In this document: positions 12,555-27,591 of the stretch, piece after piece | Position numbering within the stretch: position 1 is the stretch's first letter | Layout: each line of letters starts with the position of its first letter | DNA from: the human T2T-CHM13v2.0 reference genome, Homo sapiens | DNA: 64,000 bases | Strand: one strand, 5' to 3' | Assembly (NCBI RefSeq): GCF_009914755.1 | Contig: NC_060935.1 | Notes under the pieces: model-generated | Told to the model about the DNA's origin: nothing | Database searches by the model: none | The model's input: the letters and a program-made list of their open reading frames with translations, nothing else | Made by a program: the position numbers and the translations under genes

Positions 12555-13721
12555 TCCAACACGTCACTCTTAAGTGACCTTGAGGCTAAAACTAAAGATG
12601 AGACCTTGCAACAAAATGTGTTTTAGAAATCTAGGAAACTCCTCTACTTCTTCAGGCTATAAGTATAATCAAAATCCATGGAAACAGAAATCTAGGAATT
12701 CCTGTTTTCAAATGATGATAATTTTAAGGCAGGCATGCAATTTATAAATGCAATTAGTTGAGAACTACTTTGAGTATGTGTACCCCCCCTTTGATTTTTT
12801 TAATGGAAGTTAAATGTAAATATAAGATGCTCATCAATGCTAATGAAATTATATACTACAAATTGATAAAACCAAATAATCTGGGATAAACAAGTATGGT
12901 ACCCAGAATAACTAAAGCCTGAGGTTATATGAAGGATGACAAGAACACACATTAATTAAAACGACTAACAACACAAGTTAGAGCAAAAGGGGCAAAAGTA
13001 ATCAAGAGTAGCAGATGGATAAATAGGTAGTTGAAGAGGACATAATAACCTCATTGTGTGTAGGACTGGGCACAGAACAGTAAAATCAGCTCAAGATGTC
13101 CAGTCTCCCATAAAAATAACTTCAGCTTAGACCTGAAATTGCAAGTGTTCAGGCCAAATTCAACAGAAGGAATCCTTTTTAATCCTTTGAATGGGAACAA
13201 CAAACAAGACCAGTGGTGAACATTCCGTCAACATTCTTTTATTTAGATGTTCACTCAGCACCTATTCGGCACTAGATATCTTACCATTTGATTATGCACA
13301 ATACAAACTAATCAAAGAAACCCACTAAAGCAGTGCATTTTATAATAGTGTATAAACTGAAAAATGGAAAACCAGACTAAGATGGCAGATTATTACCAAT
13401 ATAATGTCAAATTCTGCTGTGTAACTCATTACAGTTCTGAGACTCAAGCCTACTCTTATTATCACATCTGACCTACAGTATTATTTTACCTATATCTTAT
13501 AAAGTCATACTTATATCAAGAATCAGAGCACACCCAACAAAAGTAAAATTACAGAATATAACTAGATTATCAGGATGCTAAAGTGAAGTTTTCCACAACT
13601 CCCTCTCTCTTTCTGTGGGGATAGATATACATGAAGAATGGCCAACAGCAAGATATACAAGAGTTGCTGAACAGTTTACTGAAGTATGGCAATATTAAGC
13701 AGGACTCACCAAAGACAACTA

Positions 13722-13891
13722 TTGTTTTTTTTGTTTTTGTTTGAGACGGAGTCTCACTCTATTGCCCACTCTGGAGTGCAGTGGTGCGTTCTTGGCTCAC
13801 TGCAACCTTGGCCTCCCAGGTTCAAGTAATTCTGGTACCTCAGCCTCCCAAGTAGTTAGGGTTACAGGTGCGTGCCACCACGCCCAGCTGA
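13722..13891 (-). mobile_element. Alu right arm only (5'-truncated Alu or FRAM)
   Basis: tgagacggagtctcactct...gccaccacgcccagct; no left arm follows. Confidence 0.9.
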
Positions 13892-14154
13892 CGATTACTT
13901 TTTTTTTTTTTTTTTAAAGATGCAGGATGACATAACTATAGCTGGTTAGGAAACTACTACCTGGATATCATATGAAGAATGAAATTGCCCTTTTGTGGGC
14001 AAAAGCATCAGATCTATGATGACCTAGAAGGCATAACTGGAGACAAGAGAACTCTGAAATGACTACAGATACTTAGTAAGACTCATCACATGTTTATTGT
14101 GAACTACAGATTGCACAGCCTGTAATCCAACTTCAATGGAGTATGTCATTTTCA

Positions 14155-14314
14155 TTTTTTAAAATATTTTTACTTATTTTAAAAAGTCTTTCTTTTTTAG
14201 AGATGGGGCCTCACTATGTTGCCCAGGCTGGTCTCAAACCCCTAGGCTCAAGTGATCCTCCCACCTTGGCCTCCCAAGTGCTGAGATTACAGGCATGAGC
14301 CATGGCACTCGGCC
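14155..14314 (-). mobile_element. FLAM_C-type Alu monomer
   Basis: Left-monomer sequence with degenerate tail and 15-bp TSD agtatgtcattttca on both sides. Confidence 0.88.
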
Positions 14315-15519
14315 AAGTATGTCATTTTCAAAAAACAATGGGCAACCACATGGATTAGTGTATCATCCTTCCTACTTCCCAAAAGGGCTTCAGACATCTA
14401 ATCAATACATTTAAACATAACACATAATATTTAACTTGAGTTCATGTAATAATAAAAGTACTTAAAGAAATTAGAGATGAGTATATTACCACCTTCAGAT
14501 ATAAATTTGACTAAAGTTTTACTAAGCTAAAGAGAAAGACGCAGTTATATAGTTACCACTTACTAACAAACAAGGAGCATACATAATTTTTTCTATAAAT
14601 AATTTTCTTTGTAGCTAAACTCAGCAGAAATTTATGTTAATGCATGTGTGAAAAACATTCTGTGACACATTTAACAATATTAACTATTATTCTGCCAGAG
14701 ATATCAAAACAAATTCCAAAGGCAGTTTCCCAATTAGGCCTCTGTATAAAAACAGAAAGCATAAAAATAAACTACAATTTAAGGGAATCATTTCTGCAAA
14801 AACTGAGATAATATAGGCCAAACAGCAATAATTTTGCTTTGTCAAAGGCTAATGAAACAAAAGAAATAACTTAAACAATCTAGATAGACACTTAACATAG
14901 CTATGAGACCAAAGCAGGCCACACTGGCAATGTATTAGAGTCACCTGCGATGAAGTGTTAGCCTAGATTGTTTAAAATTAAGCTTTCTAACTAGTGTCTA
15001 TAATGTATCTATTACATACTGTTGATTAAGGAGAGTGCCACAAACAGGTATGATGATTAATGAAATAAAAGATACATAGAATTTAGCAGGGAAACTTCCA
15101 TACAGTAGACATTAAGTAAATGTTACTTTTCTACCTTCCAGAGGAGAGTAATGAAAGCTGGCATTCTCTTATGGAAAATAGGAATCATACTTATATTTTT
15201 GTCCAGAGAGGATTAGGCTAATCTACTATATCACAATTCTCTCGAGGAGTACTTAATTTTCTCAAATTTGTCAGTAACATAATTTTTTATAGAGAAGTTC
15301 ATATACATATATAATCTTTATACTTGCTGGGCTTTCTGTTTTAGGAAATAAATATGTTCAAGTGGCACCGTTAGGTATATTAGTTTGTAATAATAAAGGA
15401 CACTTATTTCGTGTAATTGCAAAAATCCAAAACAAAGGTTATTTGCAAAGGAATTATCTTTAAAATTAATATCAATGCATTCATCTTAGTATTGTCATTA
15501 AAATTTTAAAAATGACAAT

Positions 15520-15700
15520 GTTAGAGTTCCAAGGGACCTTACAGATTTTCTAGATCAAGCTTCTTATTTTAAAAGATGAGAAAACTGTAGACTAGAAAGT
15601 CTAAATGAAAAGACCAAAGAGCTAGCTCAGCCAGAGACTTCAGCATGGGAGCTTCCTAACTTCCAGTACTTCCTTCTTTCTAACATACTGTGCTGCTTCA
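15520..15700 (-). mobile_element. MIR SINE (MIRb/MIR3-like)
   Basis: aagggaccttacagattttctag...attttaaaagatgagaaaactg. Confidence 0.7.
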
Positions 15701-15984
15701 TGTGGTTCTAACTTCTCTGCCTTGGATGAAAGTACTGGTTGCCTCTTATGCTATTCTGAGGCATAGTTGTCATTTGTAACTTTCCCATAAAATTCGAATT
15801 TTCCAACCTGTTTTCTGAATGAATTACACAACTGAACATGTTAATCCTCAGCTTTCCAAATTTCAAAGCAATAAATACAGAATTCAAAAAATACTTGATT
15901 CAAACGTGCAATATATATAATCAAACTGCAAAGAAAAATCCTCCTTTCCTGGATAATTCAGGCTACAAATTCGAAAAAAAAAAA

Positions 15985-16220
15985 ACCATTTAGTGAGCAC
16001 CTATCACATGCTGAGACTATGTTAAGTGCTGGAGATATGAAGATGATTAAGATTGCCCTCAAGTATAATAGCTTATAACCTGGTAGAAAAGGCACTTTAA
16101 GCCAACAATTATAGTGTGCTTATTAAAGACTCTGAAAAACGACTGTGCAGGGAGCTATGAGTGCATATGGCAATGTAGAATGACGGGATCAGACAGTGGT
16201 TCCCCAGTGAGGTGCTGAAC
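15985..16220 (-). mobile_element. LINE-2 3' fragment
   Basis: catttagtgagcacctatcacatgctgagactatgttaagtgctggagata...tgccctcaag. Confidence 0.75.
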
Positions 16221-17286
16221 ATCAACAGGAAAAAAGGCAATAACTACCCATATTTAGCAGAATCCAAAATGAATTATAATAGAGCCACTTCAACTGATTG
16301 AAGGAGAAAATGAAAATTGTGTGTTTTCACACAGCAGTTATCGAATCACTCTCTAATAACAATTAGACTATTATTCAGTGGAAAAGAACCAGATTTCATC
16401 GTGGCTGCATAAAAAGCAAATACAGGTCTTATATTATTTTTTAAAAAATTTTTAAATCATTATTTTAAAATCAAAGAAAAAGACTGCATCCAAAACGCGT
16501 CTAGTTAATATTCATAAAAGCTCTCTGCAAAGCTGCATAAAGTCCTCCTCAAAATTCCAGGATAAAATTCCCATCTGTTACAAGAGAAATGACAACGTGG
16601 AGAACCAGTAACACAAGAAGGAAGAAAACTACCCCTCATTTTGTTTTCTTAAACCTATCACTGGGGATAAAAACCACTCAGATTCCTTGATACTGACTTT
16701 CAGCTGGAAGATTTAGAAAAGAGAAGCACAGGAGACATTTTTATTTACATATTTAAGCAAAAAGGGAGGCGAGAAGAAAATCAGAGTGTAGAGAAAAGCA
16801 TGAAAGAAATTAAGAAGGTGAAGCCATGAAAAGAGAGAAAAGGGCTGGGCAAGAACCCAAAAACCAAAGACATAAGAAGGGGTGGAGGAGGAAAGATTGA
16901 CTTTAGGATGGTTTTGGAAAAAGTGACAGAGAAAGACAGGAAATGTGGGGAAAAGAATGGGGGCGGGGGGAACTGTCTTAAAAAAGGTTTGAGAGGGAAT
17001 GAAAGACAGGAGAAAGTAATTAACTGGGACCACCTCCATCGGGGAGAAAACGAGATCGGAATATGAAAGGTAGAGGAATCGATAAAGAAGCAGCGAGTTT
17101 TAACCTCCTTTTCCTCAGCCTCCACGCCCCAGGGAGGGAGGCAGAAGTGGTTCCCAAGTCCCGGGGAAGGAATTCCGGCGTAGCCTTCAGAAACCAGAAT
17201 CCGCGAATTGGGGCAACAATCCAGCAGGTCCCCGGCCCCTCTCCATCCCCTTCGGACGCTGGGCGGGGCCCTGGGCGTCCTGGTTA

Positions 17287-17463
<177 letters not shown>

Positions 17464-17505
17464 TCAGGCCAGCGCCGGCCCGGGAGGGAGACCGGAAGCG
17501 GCCAT
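17464..17505 (-). other. Upstream ORF (MAASGLPPGPALA*) in the MTMR2 5'UTR
   Basis: GGAACATGGCC (A at -3, G at +4), 13 codons then TGA; same frame as the main ATG 138 nt downstream. Translation is not demonstrated. Confidence 0.6.
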
Positions 17506-18807
17506 GTTCCCCCAGAGTGCACCGCGCCTGTAGGCTGCTGGGCAGCGGGAAGACCCCACTGCGCAGCTCAGACGCCGGCATCGACTCTCCGTGCTGGCTG
17601 TGTCCGGCCGCGCGACATCTGGTCTTGGGGAAAGGGAGGTGGCGGCTCCCAGGGTGAGGGGGTCTGGTGAAGCGGGAGGGATGAAGGACCAGACCCTTAT
17701 GGAAGGAGGAGAAATCCTAGGTGTAAGAGGAATGAGGGAACACTAAACATGAGGGTCTCAGGAAGGCGATAAGGACCTGAGGCCAGGAGGATGATTTAGA
17801 CAGGAATGTGGGGGTCAAGGAAAACAAGAGGACCGGATAATGAGAGAAAAGTGAGAAAGAGGTATGGGAGAGGGATTGGGGAGGATCTGATATACATGCA
17901 AAAAGAATTATATACTACTGGATGCGGTGGTGTTGGATTACCCAAGTAGAAGACAAACTTTCACCGATTTTTCCCTGCCCTTTCAAATTCCCGTGCCTAG
18001 CAGGAAGGGGGTGTGGAGGAATAGAACTGTGATAAGAGAACAGGAACTGGGTAAAGGGGAAATGCTTCTGCTAGGATTTTTCTGTTAGGATACAGGAAAG
18101 CCATAAGGACACCATAAAGGGATTTTTCTGATTGAGATTGAATCCTAATCATCTCATGTATGGGGTGTAAAATTATGCAAAGATTATTCCTGTAAAAAAA
18201 AAAAAAAATCAGACCATCCTTAAAAAACTTCCTTGCTAGGATAAATTGAATTATATTGATTTAAACTAGATTTAATTTATAATGTACAACTGATGTCTTT
18301 TAAAAAACCTTATAGTTGCAGTGCAGTATTAACTTGCAAGTACATTCCCAAGAAGAACAACCTAGCTTAGTTATGTTCAGTGTAAGGTAGAATAGTTACT
18401 GATGAGTATGTGTTTAAGCACAAAAGGCTTAGCCTTTTTTGAGTTTGGCGAGGACAGACAGCGACCGATTGTTTTTATTTCCATAATTTTTAAGATACCT
18501 TAACTGGACTCTGTAGGCAAAGGGAGTAGGTAGTCAAAAACATTTTTTAACAAGCTTAAATATCTATCATGACTCATAGAAGAATTTCCTTATTTCTTCA
18601 CCATCTCTACCTGCCTTCCAAAATGCTGACTCACTGTCAGCTACTTTGACTTAAATTTCCTTAGTGAAGGCTGATGAACCCTTGAATGGGAGACCTATGT
18701 ACTTTCTTCCACCCAGTTCATTCGTAGCACTTTGTTAATAGAACCCTCGAAACCTTCTGCCTGATGTAACAATATGTGTATGGTTCTATCTAGTGATTAA
18801 TAAAGAA

Positions 18808-19015
18808 CAGTGTAGTAAAAGTGTAGAGACTTTGGAACCAGACAGACCTTCATCGGAATCCCGGTTCTGTCTCTACACTTGCTCTGTGCTGTGGTTAAGT
18901 TGTTTCACATCTCTAAAATGGGAATAAAATGGGAATAAAAATATCTACGTAATAGGTTGTTTTTCTCTGTGCAGAGTCGGTTGCACAGTACGGTCTCACT
19001 AAGTAGATTTATTAT
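18808..19015 (+). mobile_element. MIR SINE
   Basis: agactttggaaccagacagacct...aatcccggttctg...tctctaaaatgggaataa. Confidence 0.75.
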
Positions 19016-19321
19016 TACTTGTTTTTCCACTGAACTTACTGCTTGACTTCTAACCTGACTGGTAAAATGGTAACTTCTCAGAGTGAAAACACAAGCAAAG
19101 AATATCAGCTGGAAATTAATTAGTGAACTCTAATTAATTAATGAACTCTAAGAAAATGAAAAAACATGGTTAACTTGGGACCTCACCAAAAGTTATTAAT
19201 TTTTCAATTTATAATCTGGGCTGTTTTTTCTCAAACTATCTGCAAGAAGGAACAGTGTTTTGTTTTGAATTTTCAAACCATCACCAACCAAAACTTTTTT
19301 AAAATATAAGAAAAATTAATC

Positions 19322-19616
19322 ACAGTTGGTTCCATATCCTCAGATTCAACCAACCACAGATTGAAAAATTTGTAAAAATTGTAAAAAACAAAATAATACA
19401 AATAGAAGACAATACAGTATAACAACTATTTACATAACATTTACATTGTATTAGATATTATAAGTAATCTAGAGTTGATTTAAAGTATACAGGAGGGTAT
19501 GCATAGGTTATATGTAGACACTAATGCCATTTTATTTAAGAGACTTGAGCATCTTTAGCTTTTACTATCCTTGGGGGTCCTGAAACCAATAACCTGCAGA
19601 TACTAAGGGATAACTG
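19322..19616 (-). mobile_element. MER2 (Tigger-family) element, apparently inside an older hAT-like remnant (~19220-19780)
   Basis: gattcaaccaacc...tacagtataacaactatttacat...ttataagtaatctagag...gacttgagcatc...agggataactg. Confidence 0.85.
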
Positions 19617-20848
19617 CACTAGGAAAATTAAAGAAAAAGGTTTGCAAAATACAAGGCCAAATTGTTTATTAGATTTAACAGATATTACTCCTTGAAAGTT
19701 TCGTGAAAGTTCCTAAACACTTATTCTTAATATTGCGTTGATCTCATCATAGACTGACAACAGTTCATGTATGGGTACTACACCAAAAAACCATTGAGAT
19801 CTCATAAATTAATAAAGTTGCAGAATACAAAATCCACATCCAAAATTAGTTTGCATTTCTATGCATCTATAATGGCCAAAAAAGAAATCAAGAAGGCAAT
19901 CCCATTTACAAAAACTGCAAAACAAAAACAAACAAACAAAAACCAGGAATAAGTTTAACCAAGGAAATGAAAGACCTCTACAAGAAAAACTATAAAACTC
20001 TGATAAAGGAAATTGAAGAAGATGCAAATAAATGGAAAGACATTTCATGCTCATGGAACAGAACAATTAACATTGTTAAAATAACCATACTACCCAAAGC
20101 AATCTACAAATTCAATGTCTATCAAAATATCAGTGTCATTTTTCACAAAAAAAGAAGAAAAATTCTAAAATTCACATGAAACTAAAAAAGAGCCTGAATA
20201 GCCAAAGCAATCCTGAGCAAAAAGAACAAAGCTGGAGGCATCAGACTATCTGACTTCAAAATATAAATAAACATAAGGCTATACCAACAGCAGCGTATTG
20301 GTATAAAAACAAACACACATACCAAAGGAACATAAGAGAGAATCCAGAAATAAACACATGCATTTACAGCCAACTGATTTTGGACAGACATCAAGAAAAC
20401 ACACTGGGGAAAGGACAATCTCTTCAATAAATGGTGCTAGAAATATTGGATATCCATATTCAGAAGAATAAAACTGGACCCCTGTATCTTACCACATACA
20501 CAAATCAACTTAAGATGGATTAAAGACTAAAATGTAACACCCAAAGCTGTAAAATAACTACAATAAAATACAAGGGAACTACTTCAGGACTTTAGGCAAT
20601 GATTTTACAGCTAAAACCTCAAAAGCACAAGTAACAAAAATACAAATAGACAAATGGGACTATATTAAAGTAAAAAGCTTCTGCACAGTAAAGGAAACAA
20701 TCTACAAGGTGAAGAGACAACTTGTTGAATGGCAGAGAATATTTGCAAACTATCTGACAAGGGAGTAATATTTAGAATATATAATGAACTAAAATATCTG
20801 AACAGTAAAAAAAAAAAAAAAGAAAAAAATCCCATTAAAAAATAGGCA

Positions 20849-21440
<592 letters not shown>

Positions 21441-22176
21441 ACAAAGGGCAAAGGACATAAACAGATGTTTCTCAAAGGAAGACACAAGAATAGCCAAAAG
21501 GTATATGAAAAAATGCTCAACATCACTAATTATCAGGACAATGTAAGTCAAAACCACAGTGAGATATCACCTTATCCCAGTCAGAATGACTGTTATCAAA
21601 GAGACAAAAAATAACAGATGCTGGTGAGGATGTGGAGAAAAGGGAACTATTATACTCTGTTGGTGGGAATGTAAATTAGTACGGCCAGTATGGAAAATAG
21701 TCTGGAGATTTCTGAAAAAAACTAAAAATAGAACTACCGTATGATCCAGCATACCCATTACTGGGTATTTATTCAAAGGAAAAGAAATTAGTTATCAAAA
21801 AGATACCTGCACCCCATGTTTATTTTGCAGCACTATTCACAGTAACGAAGATATGGAACCAACCTACATGCCCATCAATGGTCGAATGAATAAAGAAAAT
21901 ATATATACGCAATGAAATATAAAAAAAGAATGAAATCATGTCATTAGCAGCAACATAAATAGAATTACAGGTCATTATGTAAAGTGAAATAAGCTAGGCA
22001 CAGAAAGACAAAAGTCATGTGTTATCTCTCATACATGGGAGCTCAAAAAGTCAATCTCATGGAAGTAGAGAGTAGAATGAAGGACACCAGAGGCTAGGAA
22101 GGGTGTGTAGAGGAAGGATGAGGAGAGGTTGGTTATTGAGTACAAAGATACAGTTAGATAGAAGAAATAAGTTATA

Positions 22177-22463
22177 GACTGGGCGCAGTGGGTCATGTAA
22201 TTTTATCGCTTTGGGAGGACAAGGCGGGTGGATCACTTGAGGTCAGGAGTTCAAGACCAGCCTGGCGAAAATGGTGAAATCCCATCTCCACTAAAAATAC
22301 GAAGATTAGTCAGATGTGGTGGCAGGCACCTGTAATCCCAGCTACTCAGGAGGCAGAGGCAGGAGAATTGCTTGAACCCGGGAGGCAGTTGCGTGAGCCA
22401 AGATTGCACCACTGCACTCCAGCCTGGATGATAGAATGAGACTTCATCTCAAAAAAAAAAAAA
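22177..22463 (+). mobile_element. AluS-type element in the L1 3'UTR
   Basis: Dimeric Alu with poly-A; flanks aagttata / aagttcta. Confidence 0.92.
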
Positions 22464-23145
22464 GTTCTAACATTCAATAACAGAATATGATGTCTATAGT
22501 TAACAAGAATGTACAGTATATTTCAAAATAGCTAAAGCAGAGGACTTGAAATGTTCTCAACACATAGAAATAATAAATACTCAAGGTGATGGATTCCCTA
22601 AATACTCTGACTTGGTCATTACATATTCTGTGCATGCAACAAAATATCACATGTGCCCCATAGATATGTACAAATATTATATATCAAAATGAAAAGAAGA
22701 GAGAAAATGAAAATAATAAACATTGAATGACCAAGAAGATATAATTAAAATAGATTGAACATCATAGAATAATTTTATGGACATCTTTACACCAAACGCT
22801 TATAATCTTAAATAAATAAATATTTTGAAACAGAGACATGCCAAAATTTGCTAAATAAGAAACAGAAAAAAATAGAAGTTAAAAAAAATCAAAAACCTCT
22901 CCCTCAAATATTTTTATGGATAAAGTCTAACAGATTTTGAAGAAATTAAGGAACAGAAAAATAAAGCTGCTGAATCAATTTTATGAGGTCTGTTTCCCAT
23001 AGGCCTTTCCTTTGTGAACATTTATAAACACAAGTGAAATCCTAAATGAAATATTACTTAAAATAGGGTGATGTCAACAAGACGCCAGACTAGGAAGATG
23101 CAGGCTCTTCTGGCCACACAGATGATGACTTTAAAACAATGTACA

Positions 23146-23521
<376 letters not shown>

Positions 23522-24087
23522 TTATGGCATTTGGCATACCTGTTTATCGTCCTTTCCCTAGATGGCATATCATGAAGGAATGGGTGGGGGGAACACTCCA
23601 CACTTCTTATCAGGGCTTTTTCCTGTGGATGAAAGCAGAAAAGGGGACTTTAAATAAAATGTTTTGGCTTTTCTGGGGCTGCCCAAGGGACTGGTTTTGG
23701 TCTTGCCAGACTCTGAGCACTGATGGTATTGATACCAGAGCTTGGAGCCTATAATAAAGGAGAGCAGCTTATTATAGCCCCATTTCTACAGGCAGACACC
23801 AAAAGAAGCAGGAGATCAGAAAATATCTTGGAGGTCATAGAACTTCCAGCCCAGGTGATTAGTAAAAGTCCTCTCTTGCACAAAACTAGTACACAAAGAC
23901 TGGGAGAGGTGTTTTTTTTTTTTTTTTTCAAATCCTGTCAAAAAAGTTACATGTCATACAAAGAAAGGGTAAAACATGGCCCAACCAAAGAAATAAATAC
24001 AATTCCAGAAACAAGCCCTAAAGAAATTCAGATTTATGAACTGCCCGAAAAAGAATTTAAAATAACTGTTATAAAGATGCTCAATGA

Positions 24088-24383
<296 letters not shown>

Positions 24384-24670
24384 CATGTTAAAAAATAAAG
24401 ATGTTCAATGAGCTTAAAGAGAATACCAATAGATGAATCACAAAACAACACATTAACAAAATGTGAATATCAACAAAGTGATAGAAGCTATTTTAAAAAG
24501 GACGAAATTTCTGGAACTGGAAAACACAAATGAACTGAAAAATTCATTAAAGGAATTCAACAGCAAGCTTGATCAGGCAGAAGAAATAATCAGTGAACTC
24601 AAAGACAGGTCATTTGAAACCACTGAGTCAGAAAAACTAAAAGAAAAAAAGGAAGAAAAGTAAAGAAAGC

Positions 24671-25078
24671 TGTATTAGGCTGTTATTGCATTGCTATAAA
24701 GAAATATCTGAGACTGGATAATTTATAAAGAAAAAAGGTTTAATTGACTCACAGTTCTGCAGGCTGTATAGGAATCATGTTGTCTGTATCTGCTTCACTT
24801 CTGGGGAGACCTCAGGGAGTTTTTACTTGTGGCAGGAAGTGAAGGGGGAGCAGGTGTCTCATATGACAAAAATGGGAGCAACAGGGAGAGTAGTGGGGAG
24901 GTGCCTACACTTTCAAACAATCAGATTTCATGAGAACTTATTCACTGTCACAAGGACAGCACCAAGCCATGAGGGATCTACCCCCATGACCCAAACACCT
25001 CCCACCAGGCCCACCTCTGACATTGTGAATTAAATTTCACCATTAGATTTAGAGGGGAGACATATCCAAACAACACCA
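24671..25078 (-). mobile_element. MST-family MaLR solo LTR in L1 ORF1
   Basis: tgtattaggctgtt...ctataaagaaatatctgagactgg...cccaaacacctcccaccaggccc...atccaaacaacacca; TSD aaagc/agagc. Confidence 0.88.
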
Positions 25079-26961
25079 AGAGCCTAAGGGAATTATGGGA
25101 CACTATCAAGTGGACCAATATAAGCATTATAGAAATTACAGAAGAAGAGAGAGAGAAAGAGGCAGGGAGATTATTTGAAGAAATATTGGCTGAAAACTTC
25201 CCAAATCAAAAGAAACAATGAACATTAAGATTCAATTAACTCAAAGAACTTCAACTAGGATAAATTCAGTGAGAATCACCCCAAGACACGGTATACTCAA
25301 ACTTTCTAAAATCAAAGACAAAGAAAGAATCTTGAAAACAGTCAAGAAAAGCAATTTATCACATAAAGGAGCTTCTATAAGATTATCAGATTTTCCAGCA
25401 GAAACTTTACAAGCCATAAGAGTATAAGATGATATGTTCAAAGTGTTGAGGAAAAATAATGTCAAACAGGAATACTGTATTTGGCCACACTGTTCTTCAA
25501 AGATTAAAGAGAAATTTAGACTTTCTCAGATAAACAAACACTGAGAGAGTTCATTACCTCTAGACCTTCTCTACAAGAAATGCTAACAAGAGTCCTTCAA
25601 GTTGAAATGAAAAGATTGTAGACAGCAGCACAAAGCTATATGAAAACATAAGATTCTCCATAAACGTACATATATGGACAAATATAGTAACCTGTCCTAT
25701 TGTACTTTTGATGCATAGAATTTAAATAACAAAGATATTTTAAGAACTATAAATCTATGTTAATGGGTTTACAATATATAAAGATGTAACATGATATCAG
25801 TAACATAAAGTGGGGGTGGAGTGGAGCTATAAAGAAGTAGCATTTTTATATATGATTGAGGTTATTATCATTTAAAATAGAATGCTATCATTTAAATATG
25901 TTGTACATAATTGCAATGGTATTCACAAAGAAAATATCTATAAAACATACACAAAAGGAAATGAAGACATCCAAGCATATAACTACAAAAAATCAATGAA
26001 ACATAAAGGTAGGCAATAAAAAAGGAAAGGAGGAAAAAAAAGGCTACAAAACACAGAAAACAACAAAATAGCAATGGTGCAATGGTAAGTCTTTCCCTAT
26101 CAGTAATTATTTTAAATGTACATGAATTAAACTTGCCAATCAAAGACACAGATTGGGTGAATGGATTAAAAGAACAAGATACAAGTATATATTGTCTAGA
26201 AGAGACTCACTTTAAGTCTACATTCATAGTCTGAAAGTGAAAGGATGCAAAAAAGATATTTCATGCAAATGGTAACCAAAAGAGAATAGGGTTGCCTATA
26301 CTAGTACCAGGTGAAATAGACTTTATATCAAACACTGTTACAAGAGATGAAGAAGCATGTTGCATAATAATAAGAGGGTTGATTCCGCAAGAAAATATAA
26401 CAATTATAAATATTTGTGTACTAAACCTCAGAGATCCTAAATATTTGAAGCAGACTTGGACAGAATTGAAGGGAGAAATAGAGAGAAACACAATAATAGT
26501 AGGATACTTTAATAATTCACTTTCAATAATGGATAGAACAACAAGAGAGAATGTCAATAAGGAAATAGAGGACTTGAACAACAGTATAGACCAACTGGAC
26601 CTGACAGACATAGAACCCTCCACTAAATAACAGCAGAATGTGTTCTTCTCAAGTACACATGGAATGTTCTCTGGGATAGACCATATGTTAGATCACAGTA
26701 CAAGTCTTAAAAAATTAAAGAATGTAGAAATCATACATAGTATCTTTTCCAATAATAATAAAATAAAACCAGAAACCAATAGCACAGGGATTAACTAAGA
26801 AAATAGAAGACTCAAAGACTAAAATCAGAGATGAAAGAAGAGACATTACAAGTGATACCAAAGAAATAAAAAGGATAATAAGAGAATACTATGAACAACT
26901 GTAAGCCAACAAATTGGAAAACCTAGAAGAAATTAATAAATTCCTAGAAACCCAACCTACC

Positions 26962-27441
26962 TGTAGGAGATCAGTCAGGGTATTGGGAAAAATTGTAGAA
27001 AGATGCAAACCTTCTTGGAAAGCCGGAAGGTTTTACAAAAGCTTCGGAAAAGGATTTGGCTGAAGGCAGCCAGATTCTCTTATCCAGTGCCTGAAAGCTT
27101 AGGTTAGATAACAAGGGGATATAAAGAAACTGATCTAGATAGGTTAGTTTACTTAGGCCTCGGAATCTGGCCTTTAATCATCCGCACACAGGACTACTGT
27201 TGGGCAGGGGGCAGAGGGCGACCTTGTGAATTGCCCACAAGTGTGTTGCCCCAAGGCCTTTGTCATTAAATCTATACTGAATAGAACCACCTTGTCAGGG
27301 CCATGGCTGCTGACTCTTTACAGCACCCTCCTTGGTGTCTGTGGGCAGCCTGGCCCCCAGCCCACTTTTTCACTGGATACCTGTGTCTGAGTGCATTTGT
27401 TCATCCGTCGTTCAGCCAGGGTCTGTGGGTCAGACCCGGCA
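26962..27441 (+). mobile_element. LTR22-family 5' LTR (480 bp)
   Basis: TG...CA ends, attaaa poly-A-like signal near 27265, PBS 2 nt downstream. Confidence 0.88.
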
Positions 27442-27443
27442 GG

Positions 27444-27461
27444 TGGTGCCCCGCATGAGGA
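27444..27461 (+). promoter_or_regulatory. Primer-binding site complementary to elongator tRNA-Met
   Basis: tggtgccccgcatgagga versus expected TGGTGCCCCGTGTGAGGA (16/18). Confidence 0.8.
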
Positions 27462-27591
27462 ACGTGCAACAGATCGCAACAGAATCCTCGAAAATGAAGG
27501 TGAAAAGACTGCACAGTCAGTAAGTCAGAAGTCATTGGTGCCCGCTCAGGATTTCCAAGTTCGAGGGAATTATTCAGGCTAGGGTTTCATC

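Noticed and set aside
19115-19150. Short direct repeats (also 3173-3206, 18915-18940, 56130-56175) as array- or CRISPR-like structure
   Set aside because: Two-copy local slippage duplications with no spacers; the context is human DNA.
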